A stretch of 52,793 bases of DNA from Selaginella moellendorffii. Its lineage: Eukaryota > Plantae > Lycopodiophyta. The position numbers and the translations under genes were made by a program. Positions 37,222-49,490 of this stretch are shown piece after piece. The notes beneath the pieces were generated by a model. That model had not been told where the DNA came from. It saw nothing but the letters and a program-made list of their open reading frames with translations, and did not search any database. Positions within the stretch are counted from its first letter, which is position 1. Each line of letters begins with the position of its first letter. The stretch covers positions 1-52,793 of the forward strand of contig NW_003314444.1 in the NCBI RefSeq assembly GCF_000143415.4, in the 5' to 3' direction.

Positions 37222-38480
37222 CTACCCTAGGGCTCATAGTGGAGTGGCAGCAAAGTGAAGTTTTTTAGGTAGCTCAGGGGTGGTTGGGTGGTGAAGAACC
37301 TCAAGAAGAGGTGTAGCATACTTTTGGGAGTCTATTTGCACCGGATCATAACATTGGTATCAGAGGAGTTGGTTGCAATGGCTAACCAAGTTGAATGTTG
37401 AAATCTTGTTGTCGATAGTGGTGCTGATGATGGTGCTGATGGAGTTATAGAGGTTTGAACCATTCAAGATATTGTTCATGAGCTGCAAGCCCTTAATCAA
37501 AATCAGCAAAAGATGCAAGACGAGATGCATGGCATAATGGATACCATGCATGAGTGTGTTGAGGCACTCAAGGCTAGATATGGTGGTGCTCCAAGTAAAC
37601 CTTCTTTGGTAAATTAACTCAAGATTCCAACTTTTTCCGGTGATGGTGGTGTGAACAAGTGTTTAACTTGGTTAACCAATGTGAAGAAGTTCTTGGCTAC
37701 TAGAAGAACTTTAGATGCAGAGGCTTTAGTGGCTATTCCAATGGTTTTGCATGATGTGGGTCTTTAGTGGTGGAATTGGCTTGAGGAGTATCACGTTACG
37801 GATAAGAAACCACTAGTGTCTATCATCAATGAGTTTAAGATTGCTTTTTATTTACATTTTGCCCCTCATAATGATATGGAGAATGCTCACACAAAACTTT
37901 GACATTTCCAAGAAGGGAAAATGACGCTCGGGGACTATATCGAGAAGCTTACTTGCTTGGTTAGCCGTGTTTCAACAAAGGATCTAGATCAAAACAAGTC
38001 CTACTTTATTGATGGCCTTCATAGTGAGAGCATGCGGCAACACTTGTGTCATTCTCAACCTACAAAAGTTTGGAGGATCTCTTTGATGTGGCTCCTCAAC
38101 TTGAAAATGACAAGCATAAGTCTTGCAAGCATTCGAGAAGTCCTTCTATCAAGAATTATTATGATGATCATCATGGACACAAGGATGGAACAAGCATCAC
38201 AGGTTGAAGTCTATAGTGGCTACTTATAGAGCTGATGGTGTGGAGACACCAAATGTGCCAAAGTGTGATGCCTTGACGTCAAGTTAGTGGGTTCATAAGA
38301 ACCCCTTGCCAAAGGAATCCCAATGGAAATAAGATGGTATAACCTAAGTTAGAAGGCATGCAGTTAGAATGTGGTGACCTAAATAATGATGGAGGTGTAG
38401 AAGCACTAGCAATAAGTTGTTGACAACTATTAGGCAACTAACCAAAAGGTGCAACATAATTGATTGGATTGGTGGAAGTT
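37222..38480 (+). mobile_element. Ty3/gypsy type C remnant: LTR end (37353), PBS (37355-37365), decayed gag from ATG 37378, internal deletion joining to the 3' internal region
   Basis: CATAACA-T-TGGTATCAGAG. Gag remnants LKIPTFSGDGGVNKCLTWL, GL*WWNWLEE and SYFIDGL are collinear with 50142-50985. Confidence 0.85.
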
Positions 38481-41050
38481 AACTTTTCACGAAAGATAAG
38501 GAAACATAAAATAAAATATCAAAGCACTAGTTTTACCATCAAAGATAGAAAAACTATTTCAAGAAAATTTTACATAAGAGAAACCTTATAGATCTTCTTA
38601 AACTAATATTCTCTTTTATCTTCATCCAAAGATAATAATTGCATTATAAAATGTTTGTATTAAGACAAACATGCAATAATGCTTCATGATAAATCTATGC
38701 ATTCATGTCTATTATATGACATGGCATTTAATATGGTATAAGATATCTCATACATATACAAATATCAAATCCATATCTTAATAATATCTCAAAAATTACC
38801 AAAGTCTTTTATATTTTTAATCAGTCTTGCTCATAATCTTACTTAAATCTACCAGCATCTTTACATGGGTTTTATCTAGTCTCAATATTGACCAAATGAT
38901 TTATTTCTATAGTTAAAACATATGGTTTACATAAGTCTTTTGATCTTGCTCTAGATTTCTTCTGCATTTGTATTATCTCAATCCCTATCAAAACATAAGG
39001 AAAATATCATAATAATAACATACATAGTTAAACATAATATAATCTTTATATTAAAAATCCCTTCTACAATTCACTCTATCACTTACACACATCATAACAT
39101 AACAAATATAACTCATAACATTATATCACATTTAAAATTCTCTTTGTTGAGTGAAGTCTTCTATTCTAGTCTTGTACTGTATTTTCTATTGTATCTACTA
39201 TATACCATCTTTGCACAACAAAATTATGTTTAATTTTAATAATATAGTATTGAATCAATAAAATACTCTTTGTTCTGTAAAGGTTTTGTTCTATAGAACA
39301 ATGAGTATGCTGAAATATTTTCAGGGAGATATATCATTCCCAAGATAAATAGATCTTCTTTTTTAATTTTTCAATGTTAAAATTTTTGATTGTATGCAAG
39401 GTTAAATTTATCTTAATTTTGCAACTATTCATCTCCAGAGAAATGGAAAATAATGCAATTAGATAATAATGCAAATGTTGGGAAGATAAGATCATATTTT
39501 CATCATCACTAAATTTGAAATTAAATTCTTCTATTGCCTTTATAAAAAGTACAAAAACCTAAACACATTTACAAGATTTCTGCCATGATTTAAAATAAAT
39601 TAAATGTTCATAAAAAAAAAGAATTGTATACTACCAAAACATGATAGGTTAATTATGGGAAATTATAATTTTGATTGCATATTGAGCTAAAGTGTTTTTA
39701 TCTGAACTGTAATAATACATTTAACATTCATTTTTACTTAACTGTAATATTGCCTCTAAATTGCATAGTTTACTAAAGAATAATAAAATTTCTATTATAT
39801 ATTTGTTTTTACATTTAAAAATATACTTAAAGTAGATATAATGTTCATCTTAAGAAAAACCAGTAATAATCTTTATGATAAAGCTATGGACTCCAATAAA
39901 AAATAAATTACTATTAACTTATTCAACACTACTCACTAATAAGCAATTATATAAAGGTGAACATGATCACATATTAATATAGCTTATAAAATTATTATTG
40001 TTTTAAACATAAACATGGATCTAACACATTACTATGAAAATATTAATATTCATATGTATTATATATTATATAAGAAAAATTTAGGAATTCGATATTTCAA
40101 TTTATATTTCTAATTTAGAGAAAACTATTGTAGTATTAAGTTTGCCATTTGTGAGTAAAGTGCTACCATTGCATTTTATTCTTTACTTTATTTTATTAAA
40201 ACATAAATTTTTTATACTTAAATTTTATACAACTTAAAAAAATTATATAATTAGATATCATACTAATATACAATAAAACTTTAATAAAATTTATTCTATG
40301 ATTGAAATAATATAAAATGTATTATTGTTTTATAACACAAATGTAGCATCTACTTATCAAAACATTTATAAAAATAATATTTACTGTTATAATTTATATT
40401 AATTTTAAAATGAATGTTGTAGAAAACTCTACTCTTGTTGACTAAATATGAATTTTAAAATTATTTACAAATATAAAATCCTCTATAACTAATGACATTT
40501 TTTTCATTTTCTTTAAGTATATTCATGTTTTGGATATTTACCTCATCAACACTTTCTCTGTATAGAAAAGATAAATTAGTTTCTAATATAATTACTAATT
40601 TATATTTCATAACAATAACACTCTTTTATTTTATTACTTGCTTCAAATACTCCACTATCTGGTTTTAAACTAAAATATATATAGTCTAAATAATTTTTTT
40701 TATTAACATTCAAATCCACCTTTCAGTATTTTTTTTTATATATTTGGCATCTTGTAAAACCTATCTATAACACTTAATTTGTTTTGCCACTATTTACATC
40801 TCTTGGAGTTAAAAAATAAAAATTCTAAATAACACACCTTGTTCAAAAGTCCTAAATACAAACTTTTAGGAGTATCATATAATTTCATTTGAGAAAAATA
40901 TTTTTATACATATATTTGAAGAAGGTGGGAATATATTTATATTATAAGTGGACTTAGCATATATAACAAAAGCATGTAATTGTTTTTATAGATATTGAAG
41001 TAAAATATAAGATTAAAATAAATAATTAGATTATAATAGTTTGGAAATAA
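38480..41050 (-). mobile_element. Highly decayed AT-rich Helitron internal sequence, copy 2
   Basis: Homologous to 17.5-19.86 kb. Minus-strand remnant around 39360-39230, RSIYLGNDISP*KYFSILIVL*NKTFTEQRVFY*FNTILL, resembles the Helitron Rep N-terminal pattern R..L...EYF..LL....RF......F..FN. Support is weak. Confidence 0.5.
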
Positions 41051-43106
41051 AAATAAAAATTATTATGATGAAAAAGTTTGAAGGATTTCCTTCATAGTGG
41101 GTTTAGTTTTTTTATGTTTTGTAAAGAAGCTGTATTTGATTTTTTCTAGGATTGAATTGTTGTTAATGAAAGTATACCACTGTTGATTACTGGTCTTTAG
41201 GCTAGGTATAAAGTGAAAAACACAAATTTTCCCTCCCATTGGTCCATGTGTTTCCTACGTCACCATCTTCGTCGTGATGAATTACAAAGTTTTCAAATTC
41301 CAGCTGCAACTGATTCCCAGCTCAAAATCAGTGACACTGATTTTAAGGAAGGACGTTAGGTCTCATTTAAAAGACCACCTAAAACATTCTAACACAACCT
41401 CTGGTGAGATTAACACCAAGGAAGGGAGATGAGTCATTTAGAATGAAAACTCTTAGCTTTAAACATCTTATATGCAGGTATTCAATGAGGTTAGTTCCAG
41501 TGCCTTGGTAACACAAAAGAGAACTGTAAGTAAATGAAATTTGCTATACTTACATTACATGTAAACTAAGAAAAAACTTCTGAAATCATGCCGGTGTCCG
41601 GTAAGACTTTCATTGGCTACAGCCATAGAGCTCAAGAGCACTAGAGCTTTCCTGCTAGTGCTCAAAGACCAACAAGGTCCCTCTGACTTTTCTTGCCGCT
41701 CTAAATGCCATGTGCTTGCTGCTGTGAAGGAAGGCATGCAAGCTCAATAAGAAATCAATGTAGAGTTTGTGGATGGACTTGATTGATATGTACAAGGGTG
41801 GGAGTTTGCTTTTCAGGTTTTAGATTCCAAACAATCATTCAACACAAGGATCTTCAACAATGATAGAAAACCTCTGTGCTTCTTTTGCTTACCAGAAATT
41901 TGCCAAAGTATCCCCTGCCAGCCATGGCCTTTCCAACAATCTGTGACAATCCAAGAAACATTGGACCCAAGAAAGCAAAGAACTCTGGCACTGCTACGCT
42001 TATAGCTCGATTCAAAGCTCTGTCAAAAGTGTTTTGCATCTCGTTATTTCCAGAACTTCCTAACCATGAGCCTCATAGAGAGCTCGCATTTGAGGCCCAA
42101 ATAAAATGCACTACCAGTTTGTTTTTCTTTCACTTCGAGACAATACACTTTGCTGTAATTGGAGGGATTTCTTTCGCCAGCCATCCGTTAAGGCAGACAA
42201 GTTTACTAAACCTTGTCACTGCTAGACGTAATCAACAAAGGAGCCAGAGCCACCTCTACTACTCAACCTTTAGACTTTCTTTAAAACTAATCCTACACAG
42301 CCATTCAGATGGATCTTCTAGCAGATCATCATGATGACAGATCCAAGTCTAGAAGCACTGAAAATCTACACAAAGAGAAATACATACAGCTAGCCTCTTC
42401 CCACACTCTTTGCTTCGATGGAATTAATAATCTTATTTCCATAAATTTATAAAGATCTAAGGTAAATTCTACTTTGGTAGTTCGCTGTTTCATTCTGGCC
42501 GTTTCCCCTCCAACAGCAAGCTTTGAAGTCCATTAAGGGGCCTGGTTACAAGAGTAACATAAAATACTCCATTCGAGATATGATTGGGCACTCTTTATAT
42601 TACGGATTATCTCATGCTACTCCGTTGCTCATGAAAAGACTCTTGAGGAAGGGTGGGATTTAGAGAAATGGTTTCGCCACTTGTCTTTAAATCAGCAGAG
42701 TAACTAAATATCTATTCTAGTAATCAAAGAATACAACAATTCAACGCTTGAATGCAGAGAATAGCGGCTATGCTTCAAGCGTGGCACAACAATAGTCTCT
42801 TTGTATGAAAGTTTTCTTAAGTGACAATGGCGTTGATCTCAATTTGTTTATGATCAGAAATGGACATGCTAGGAATCCGCCTGGCAGCACTCCCCGCCAT
42901 CTAGGCCAATCCAGTCTGGCACACAAGTGGCTTTAGAAATTCACATGTTTTGTGAGGCATGTCCTCAACAAAATATTCTCTGCAAGGGAGAACTTGCTCT
43001 CATTTCCTCTGGCACACCAATAATCATAAGCAAAGGACACTATATTTCCATTGCAACCTTTAGTCCTACTACGAGGAATCCGTGTGGGGTGATATATGAT
43101 CTATCT

Positions 43107-43637
43107 NNNNNNNNNNNNNNNNNNNNNNNNNNNNNNNNNNNNNNNNNNNNNNNNNNNNNNNNNNNNNNNNNNNNNNNNNNNNNNNNNNNNNNNNNNNNNN
43201 NNNNNNNNNNNNNNNNNNNNNNNNNNNNNNNNNNNNNNNNNNNNNNNNNNNNNNNNNNNNNNNNNNNNNNNNNNNNNNNNNNNNNNNNNNNNNNNNNNNN
43301 NNNNNNNNNNNNNNNNNNNNNNNNNNNNNNNNNNNNNNNNNNNNNNNNNNNNNNNNNNNNNNNNNNNNNNNNNNNNNNNNNNNNNNNNNNNNNNNNNNNN
43401 NNNNNNNNNNNNNNNNNNNNNNNNNNNNNNNNNNNNNNNNNNNNNNNNNNNNNNNNNNNNNNNNNNNNNNNNNNNNNNNNNNNNNNNNNNNNNNNNNNNN
43501 NNNNNNNNNNNNNNNNNNNNNNNNNNNNNNNNNNNNNNNNNNNNNNNNNNNNNNNNNNNNNNNNNNNNNNNNNNNNNNNNNNNNNNNNNNNNNNNNNNNN
43601 NNNNNNNNNNNNNNNNNNNNNNNNNNNNNNNNNNNNN
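43107..43637. other. Assembly gap
   Basis: N run. Confidence 0.99.
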
Positions 43638-43804
43638 TTCTATATTACTGTAAGTGGTTAACGTAACGGTGGCTGTTGAAGATGGCTACGTGGCAAACTG
43701 GGAAGCAAAGAATTGCGTCGCTTGAGCTATGTACTGACTGAGCTTCAATTCGAGGGTTGCTCGATGGGTTGGGCTAGTTCGGTGGATTCTGATGCCTCAG
43801 GTCC

Positions 43805-44382
43805 ATGGCCTCCTTCAGCTGCTTCAGGTTTGTACTTGAAGGAAGTTGCACCTTCACACTCGTACGGGTAAATTTTGTATTCAAGTCCTTTTGTGTATAT
43901 CGCAGACGCTGTGGCTCCTCTTGCAGGATAAAAAACGGAAGCTATAAAACTTCAAACAATGAGTATGGAAGATTCTACAATCGTCATGAAACCCCGCCTG
44001 TAAGTTTTGGTCTGTTTTCTTCTTTCGCTAATCTCGCATTTCAGACAAAGAAGGGGCCAGATAATTATTGGTCCAGAAAGTGTGATCTTCTGCATAGGTG
44101 CAATATGAACTGCTTTCAACAGTTGAGAAAGTTTTATCTTGGCCATTGGCCTGGTTTTACAGATGGTAAGCATGTTAAAAGAAAATAGTGAGATGACATG
44201 CAACTAATTTTGCAGATTTTCTCATAACATCAAACTACTCAAGTGCAAAGAACAGAGAGTGGCTAGAACACAAGATTCCATGGAGGACAAACACGGAGAG
44301 TTGGCAAAAGTCTTCGTCAAAACGTTCCAGGAACAGATTCCCACAGGACAGGTTGTCATCCAGAAAGTACTCTTTCTTTTAA
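43805..44382 (+). CDS. Small spliced protein resembling PIERCE1/2 (FAP182, DUF4490) ciliary microtubule inner protein
   Basis: GT-AG exons 43805-43827, 43906-43999, 44045-44165 and 44216-44382 join in frame to a TAA. Core YKTSNNEYGRFYNRHETPPTKKGPDNYWSRK parallels the recalled PIERCE1 motif [32 protein letters not shown]. Confidence 0.5.
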
Positions 44383-44749
44383 ACTTAAAGGGACAGCTGG
44401 GAAGGACCCAAGGGGGGGAGGGGAGGGCTTAGAAAAGCAAGAAAAGCTTACAAAAATTTCTTCATAATAACGTCGACTGGAAAATCATCGCTCGAGACTT
44501 TCTGGAGAATTTTTGCGGGAAAGAAACAGGATTCCAAATCTAGAATTTTGAGGGACACGACAGCAAAACAACAGAGGGAGCTTTTATTTCCATTTTTCTG
44601 CTTAAAAAATTTCTTATGACTTTTTTCTTCTGTTTCTATTTCAGCTGGAAGCCTCCTGAAATCCGGGTATGTAAATAATTGCAGAAAGCAGCTCGAGTGC
44701 TTCCTTTGTAACACAACTACTTCATAGGTCATATATATAAATATATATA

Positions 44750-44776
44750 CTAGCAAGGAATCCAGCTACGCTGGCT
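44750..44776 (-). mobile_element. Helitron 3' terminus
   Basis: Minus strand CCAGC-GTA-GCTGG-ATTCCTTG-CTAG|TATATAT, flanked by a TA tract. Confidence 0.7.
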
Positions 44777-44926
44777 CAGATAGAAAATAGTTTTTAAAAT
44801 GTTTTAGTGTGATACAAAAATCATACTCCCTTTACTAAATCTGCTATTTGCATCTAGCATTAGGCGTCACATATTCCCTTTTTAGAATATTTATGAATAT
44901 GCTTTTAATTGGACGGCTACTACTGA

Positions 44927-44960
44927 CTAGTAGGGGGTCCCAGCTCCGCTAGGAGAAGTA
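44927..44960 (-). mobile_element. Helitron 3' terminus (same family as 15563)
   Basis: Minus strand TACTTCT-CCTAGC-GGA-GCTGGG-ACCCCCTA-CTAG|T. Confidence 0.75.
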
Positions 44961-44984
44961 GAGAATATGTATTTTTAGCGGCCT

Positions 44985-46544
44985 TTTTGGCTGTGCTTTC
45001 TCCTTCCTCCCTGCTTATGTTGAAGATCTTAAAATGATCATCATCCACCTCCTTTCATCCTGCACTGAGACAATAAAGACCATGACAGAGTATGAGACAC
45101 ACTTGTTCTTAGCCATGCTATGAGTTTAAAACATTCTCTACTTCTCTCAGCACTGGATATTTGATTGATATAGTTGTTAGATAGATTGGGACTCATATGT
45201 CCTTTGCTATTAAAGGGTGAAAAACTCTGTGTTTACAGAACTCGAGCTTTGAGAAATGAAAAAAGGAAAATTCCTAGCATAACAAGGACCCAACGATGAG
45301 GCATAAGTCCTTCTCAGCTTCACATTGAATCTCGTCTAGGAGGTTTTTTTTTTTGTCTTCTGGGTCTAATATAGCATAAGAGCATAGCATAGTTAGCGTG
45401 TTTATTCAATAGGCTGCTACTGAGACTTACAGCTTTGATTCCAATCTGTGTTTTCTATTGCTTTTGTTTTTTCTTACGACCAGTTTGAGCCACGAAACCA
45501 CAAACATCATGCAGCAACATGTTGGTGACCCTTGTTAAGTTCTTAAGTGTTGTGTCATAACTCTCAGGAGTTCTACCTCGGCTGCATTTAAAAATAAAGA
45601 ATGTTTGAAATCAGCAAACATGAGAAAGGCAAGCAAATTGTAATTTTAGTGTAGATGATGTTACCTGCTGACAAATCTTGCAGATGGTGTTTTTTTTTCG
45701 TTGCAGCAGTGCTGCACGCACTTTTGGGAGTGTACTGCCAAAACACAAGGAAAGGAAAACATGAAGAGCCAGACATTTTCTTAGAACTCTCAGTCAACAT
45801 GAAGAACAAAGTTCCCTGGGACCTTCAAGCTGCCGCAACAAGAGCACGGTATTTTGAGATTCCCAGCCGTGTTCTTCTCCTGGAAGATTCTACTGTCATG
45901 GTGGTGATGCTGCCGAAGATGAAAAAGCTGGTGTTGGATCAGCTAATAGACAGTAGTCGATAATAAGAAGCACAATTTATTCATTGCTGCCATGAATATC
46001 AAGCACACGACTCTTTCAAAAATCTTTGCCACGAAGCAATGCTCCAAGTACTAAAACAATTTCCCAAATTGTAATCCTAAATATAAAAATCCAACTACTA
46101 TCATCTTTTAGATGTTACCTGAATTTTGTAAAATGTTCTATCTCTTTCTCAAAAAGACTTGCTTCTCCACAGCCAAAAACTAAAACAACTGAAACAAAAT
46201 GTCAAACAATAAATCGCCAACATTGTTTCTCTCCAGTTTAAACTCCTCATATTCCTTTGCAAAATAAATAACTGTAATAATTGGGTTTAACTGAAATAAT
46301 AGGGTTTACCATCATGTTATTTCCTATAATGCACTCTTTCCAGTTTTTTTTGTCACCAATTCATCCACTTCTGAGAATGGATCTTGATCCATTCTCAGTA
46401 CAGTTGTTTAGTGGATGAATTTTGGAAGACAAGTACAAGTGTGTCTTGTACTCATCATAATCTTTATTGTCTCAGTGCAGGACGAAGGAAGCTAGATGGT
46501 GATCATTCTACATGAGCAGGGAAGAAGGAGAAAGCACAACCAAA
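44985..46544. repeat. Diverged ~120-bp inverted repeat pair (44985-45110 and 46431-46544)
   Basis: TCCTGCACTGAGACAATAAAGA pairs with TCTTTATTGTCTCAGTGCAGGA, and TGTGCTTTCTCCTTC pairs with GAAGGAGAAAGCACA. Confidence 0.85.
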
Positions 46545-47824
46545 TGGGGTGGCCACTCCAAACCTGATGGCTATGATTGGCACGGACTTTGGTGTGGACC
46601 GGTAAAGGTCATGGCAACGAAGACGGCCCTCATGGGAAGAGCACAGCAACGAGGAGCAGCAATGGCAGACAGGATTCGGTTGATTCCTGGAACTTGGAGC
46701 TTGGAAGGAGCCAAGAACATGAAATAGATTGCAAAACGTAAACCTTGCTAGCACTGCCAACAAAAAAGAAAGAAAAGAAAAGATCACTGCATACTAAACA
46801 ATCGCATCTGCTCGTTTGATTGCGAAGGACAAGGAGTTCCTAGTGGAGTGGGGCTGCAAAAAAGCTCCCAGGCAAGCTCCAGAGAACTCCTCGCCATTGT
46901 TGTGGGACCAACAATGTGCGTTGCAGGCAAGGCATGTGCTATCTGGAAAACACAATGCCATCACAAAGCTTGTTTGTCATCTTGAGAGTGAACATGCTAT
47001 GGCTGTGAAATACCAGAACCAACAGGAGCAAGAGATCAAGCTTCTCAAAGACAAAACGCTAAACACTGTAAACAGTGGTTTTGTATAGACAAAAACACTG
47101 ACACCTTCTTCTACCTTTCATTTTAGTCGTTTCTTTCCTGCACTGACTGCTTTTCTCACGACCAGTATGAGGCATAAAATCACAGACATCATGCACAATC
47201 ATGTATGATGGAAGATACTTAGCACTTTTTTCTTCACAGAAGATTGCTCAATGAAAAACCAGCTGTAATGAAAAGCTCTATAACTAAACGATGAGGAATC
47301 AAGTGATCACGAAAGGAAAAGAAAGAGTACACATACCTCAAGTGAACATCAGGGAGAGAGCAACAGGAGTGGCAGGAGACCAGACGAGAGTTTGTTTTTT
47401 CATTGCAGGCACAGACAGCGGATGGCTTATTGAAGACTCTTAGAAGCTACTTAGAATCACTATGTGCAGATGTACGCACTCACATGATCACAGAAGTCAA
47501 TTTAAAAATGAGCACAAGAGTCACAACATTCAAAAATTAAAAGAAAACTAAACACTCTTTCTCCTGGTGGTACTTCTCAGCTGTTCACTGATACTCAACT
47601 CCTCTTGGTACATACTGAGGTCGTTCTATTGATCATTTGATAAGTGTACACTGGCAGGCTTGTAATATTTTCTTTCTTTCTTTATTTCCTCACATTTTTA
47701 TCCAGCTGAGGGAGTGTATCTACATACAAAAGCAAAACGTTTCAAACAAAAACGAGCCACTCATAGTAAATAGTTCTACAAAACAGAGAAAAAAGAAGAA
47801 AAAAATCACCCAGATTAGCAGAGT

Positions 47825-48115
47825 TTAACCGTTAATGGCAATGAAGGTGAACCTTGAAAGCTGTTAGGGGATGGTAGAGATCACTGGCCATATCTCTACA
47901 ATAATGATTCTCACATCAGCAAAGGAGGAGAAAAAATTTCTCAAAGCAACCAAAAAAAAAAGGGACTGTCAGTCATTAAACGTTTCTTCTTTTACCTGTA
48001 CATTATTGTAGAGCTCAAACAATGGAACTGCCAGTAGTTTGAGATTCTTTGAACAGCAAAGTATTGTCTTTTGGGGAGGAGAACCACAGATCTCACAAGG
48101 GACAGGGACAAAGAT
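47825..48115 (-). pseudogene. NUDT21: CFIm25 (NUDT21) pseudogene, last two exons
   Basis: LLPKRQYFAV..NLKLLAVPLFELYNNVQ|RY.PVISTIP*QLSRFTFIAING*, with frameshifts and a premature TAA. Intron retained (47896-47995). Confidence 0.9.
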
Positions 48116-48123
48116 CTTGTAGG

Positions 48124-48608
48124 GTCGACCATCACCCACAAGCAGCAGATATGTTTTTCAAGCTTCCCCCAAAGGAAGACTCAAGACTGGAGAAAATGGT
48201 AAAGAAGCTTTCTTTCAGGACCCCCGGAAAAGAATTAAGCATTGCAACCCAGCTGCTAACTTTGATTGTTTAGAGGTGGAAGGATTGAAGAGGAAGGTCA
48301 TGAGCAACATTGCTCCAACAGTAGCTTCAATCCAGCCCAATTGGCAGGTATGATGGAAATACATGAAGATATAAAGGAAGAACTTTAGTTTTGTTTGTTT
48401 CCATTTCTTCCAGATTGGAGACTGTGTGGCAATTTGGTAGGGACCAAACTTTGAGATGCTGCCATATCCTTACTGCCCTCTCACATCACCAAACCAAAGG
48501 TATCGATCTTTGTTCTTCATTACTCATAACTCTTTGGTATGATCTTCTCTTTTCTTTTATTATTTCTTGTGTCAGGAGTGTAAGAAGATTTGTTCATCTC
48601 TGTCCCTT
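48124..48608 (+). pseudogene. NUDT21: CFIm25 (NUDT21) pseudogene, middle exons, on the opposite strand to its 3' exons
   Basis: FFKLP..GRLKTGEN|EVEGLKRKVMSNIAPTVASIQPNWQ|IGDCVAIW*GPNFEMLPYPYCP.HITKPK|ECKKI. Exons ~48124-48198, 48274-48347, 48414-48499, 48576-48608. Confidence 0.9.
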
Positions 48609-48722
48609 TGTCACAAATATGACTGTAGGTATCAAAAGTTACTTGTCGGCTAGGCCTTTTGGATATTCTTTCCTTACTGCCACGATGGCAGAAGGTCGGT
48701 ATTGCTGGACCCTTTATTAGTC
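48609..48722 (+). mobile_element. 5' fragment of LTR type B in plus orientation
   Basis: TGTCACAAATATGAC...TCCTTACTGCCACGATGGCAGAAGG is the reverse complement of ~33290-33394. Confidence 0.7.
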
Positions 48723-48723
48723 C

Positions 48724-49490
48724 CTTTGATACCAAATATAGTGCACGTGTTTTTTACCATTTATCTTATAAACTAAAATCTAAACCCTCTATGTGTCATG
48801 TGCTATATACCACATGTCCAAAAGACAGGTACCTGAGTTTCAGGGCCTTGGGCCACTGAATGAAAGAATAGAGGCAAACTCCTAAGCATGGAGCCAAAGA
48901 GCAATGGAACTAGAGTACAGAGCAACTGTTGAGCATACAACATAAGGGGCAAAGGGATAGGAGTATAGAGCAATTTAGAACAGTTTTAGAGCATTTAGCA
49001 TCCCAATGTTAGGACTAGCATGTCAAATGGAGCCAAACGGAGTTTGGTGTTATTTAAGTATATCAATGGCTTAACACAAGAATATGGGTAGTTCACTAGC
49101 TAGTATAGTGTGGAATTTAGGCTTAGACCCACCCTTAGTACCAGGAGTTAATCTCTAAAACAAGCTTGAAACTTACTAAATATGGAATGGCACTAAATTG
49201 TGAATTTAGACGCAAGACCAACACCATTGTGTTCAAGACAACGTTTACATTCTGTTGATATGCCAAATTAGCAAATCTAGACACTTTCCATAAATAGCAA
49301 TTTGGGAACCAAATGGGACTAACACAAAGAGCATGATAGTAAGGGTATTTGGCAAACACAATAAGCTATCATTTAGCAAATATTGAGGGACCAATCTTAA
49401 TATCGCAAGGGTTCTTGTCAAGCTAGTGCATGATAAAACAAAAAAGAACTAACAAGCCGGGCCAAGTATGCTTAGGTAAATAAACACTAT
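48724..49490 (-). mobile_element. LTR type B 5' LTR (48737-~49490) with PBS (48724-48734)
   Basis: CTTTGATACCA is TGGTATCAAAG on minus, 2 nt from the LTR end. 48740-49130 is collinear with ~26395-26800. Confidence 0.75.

Noticed and set aside
42927-43661. Long ORFs of 244 and 185 aa (also those at 4528-4918, 21365-21724 and 22768-23016)
   Set aside because: Their length comes from reading through N gaps.
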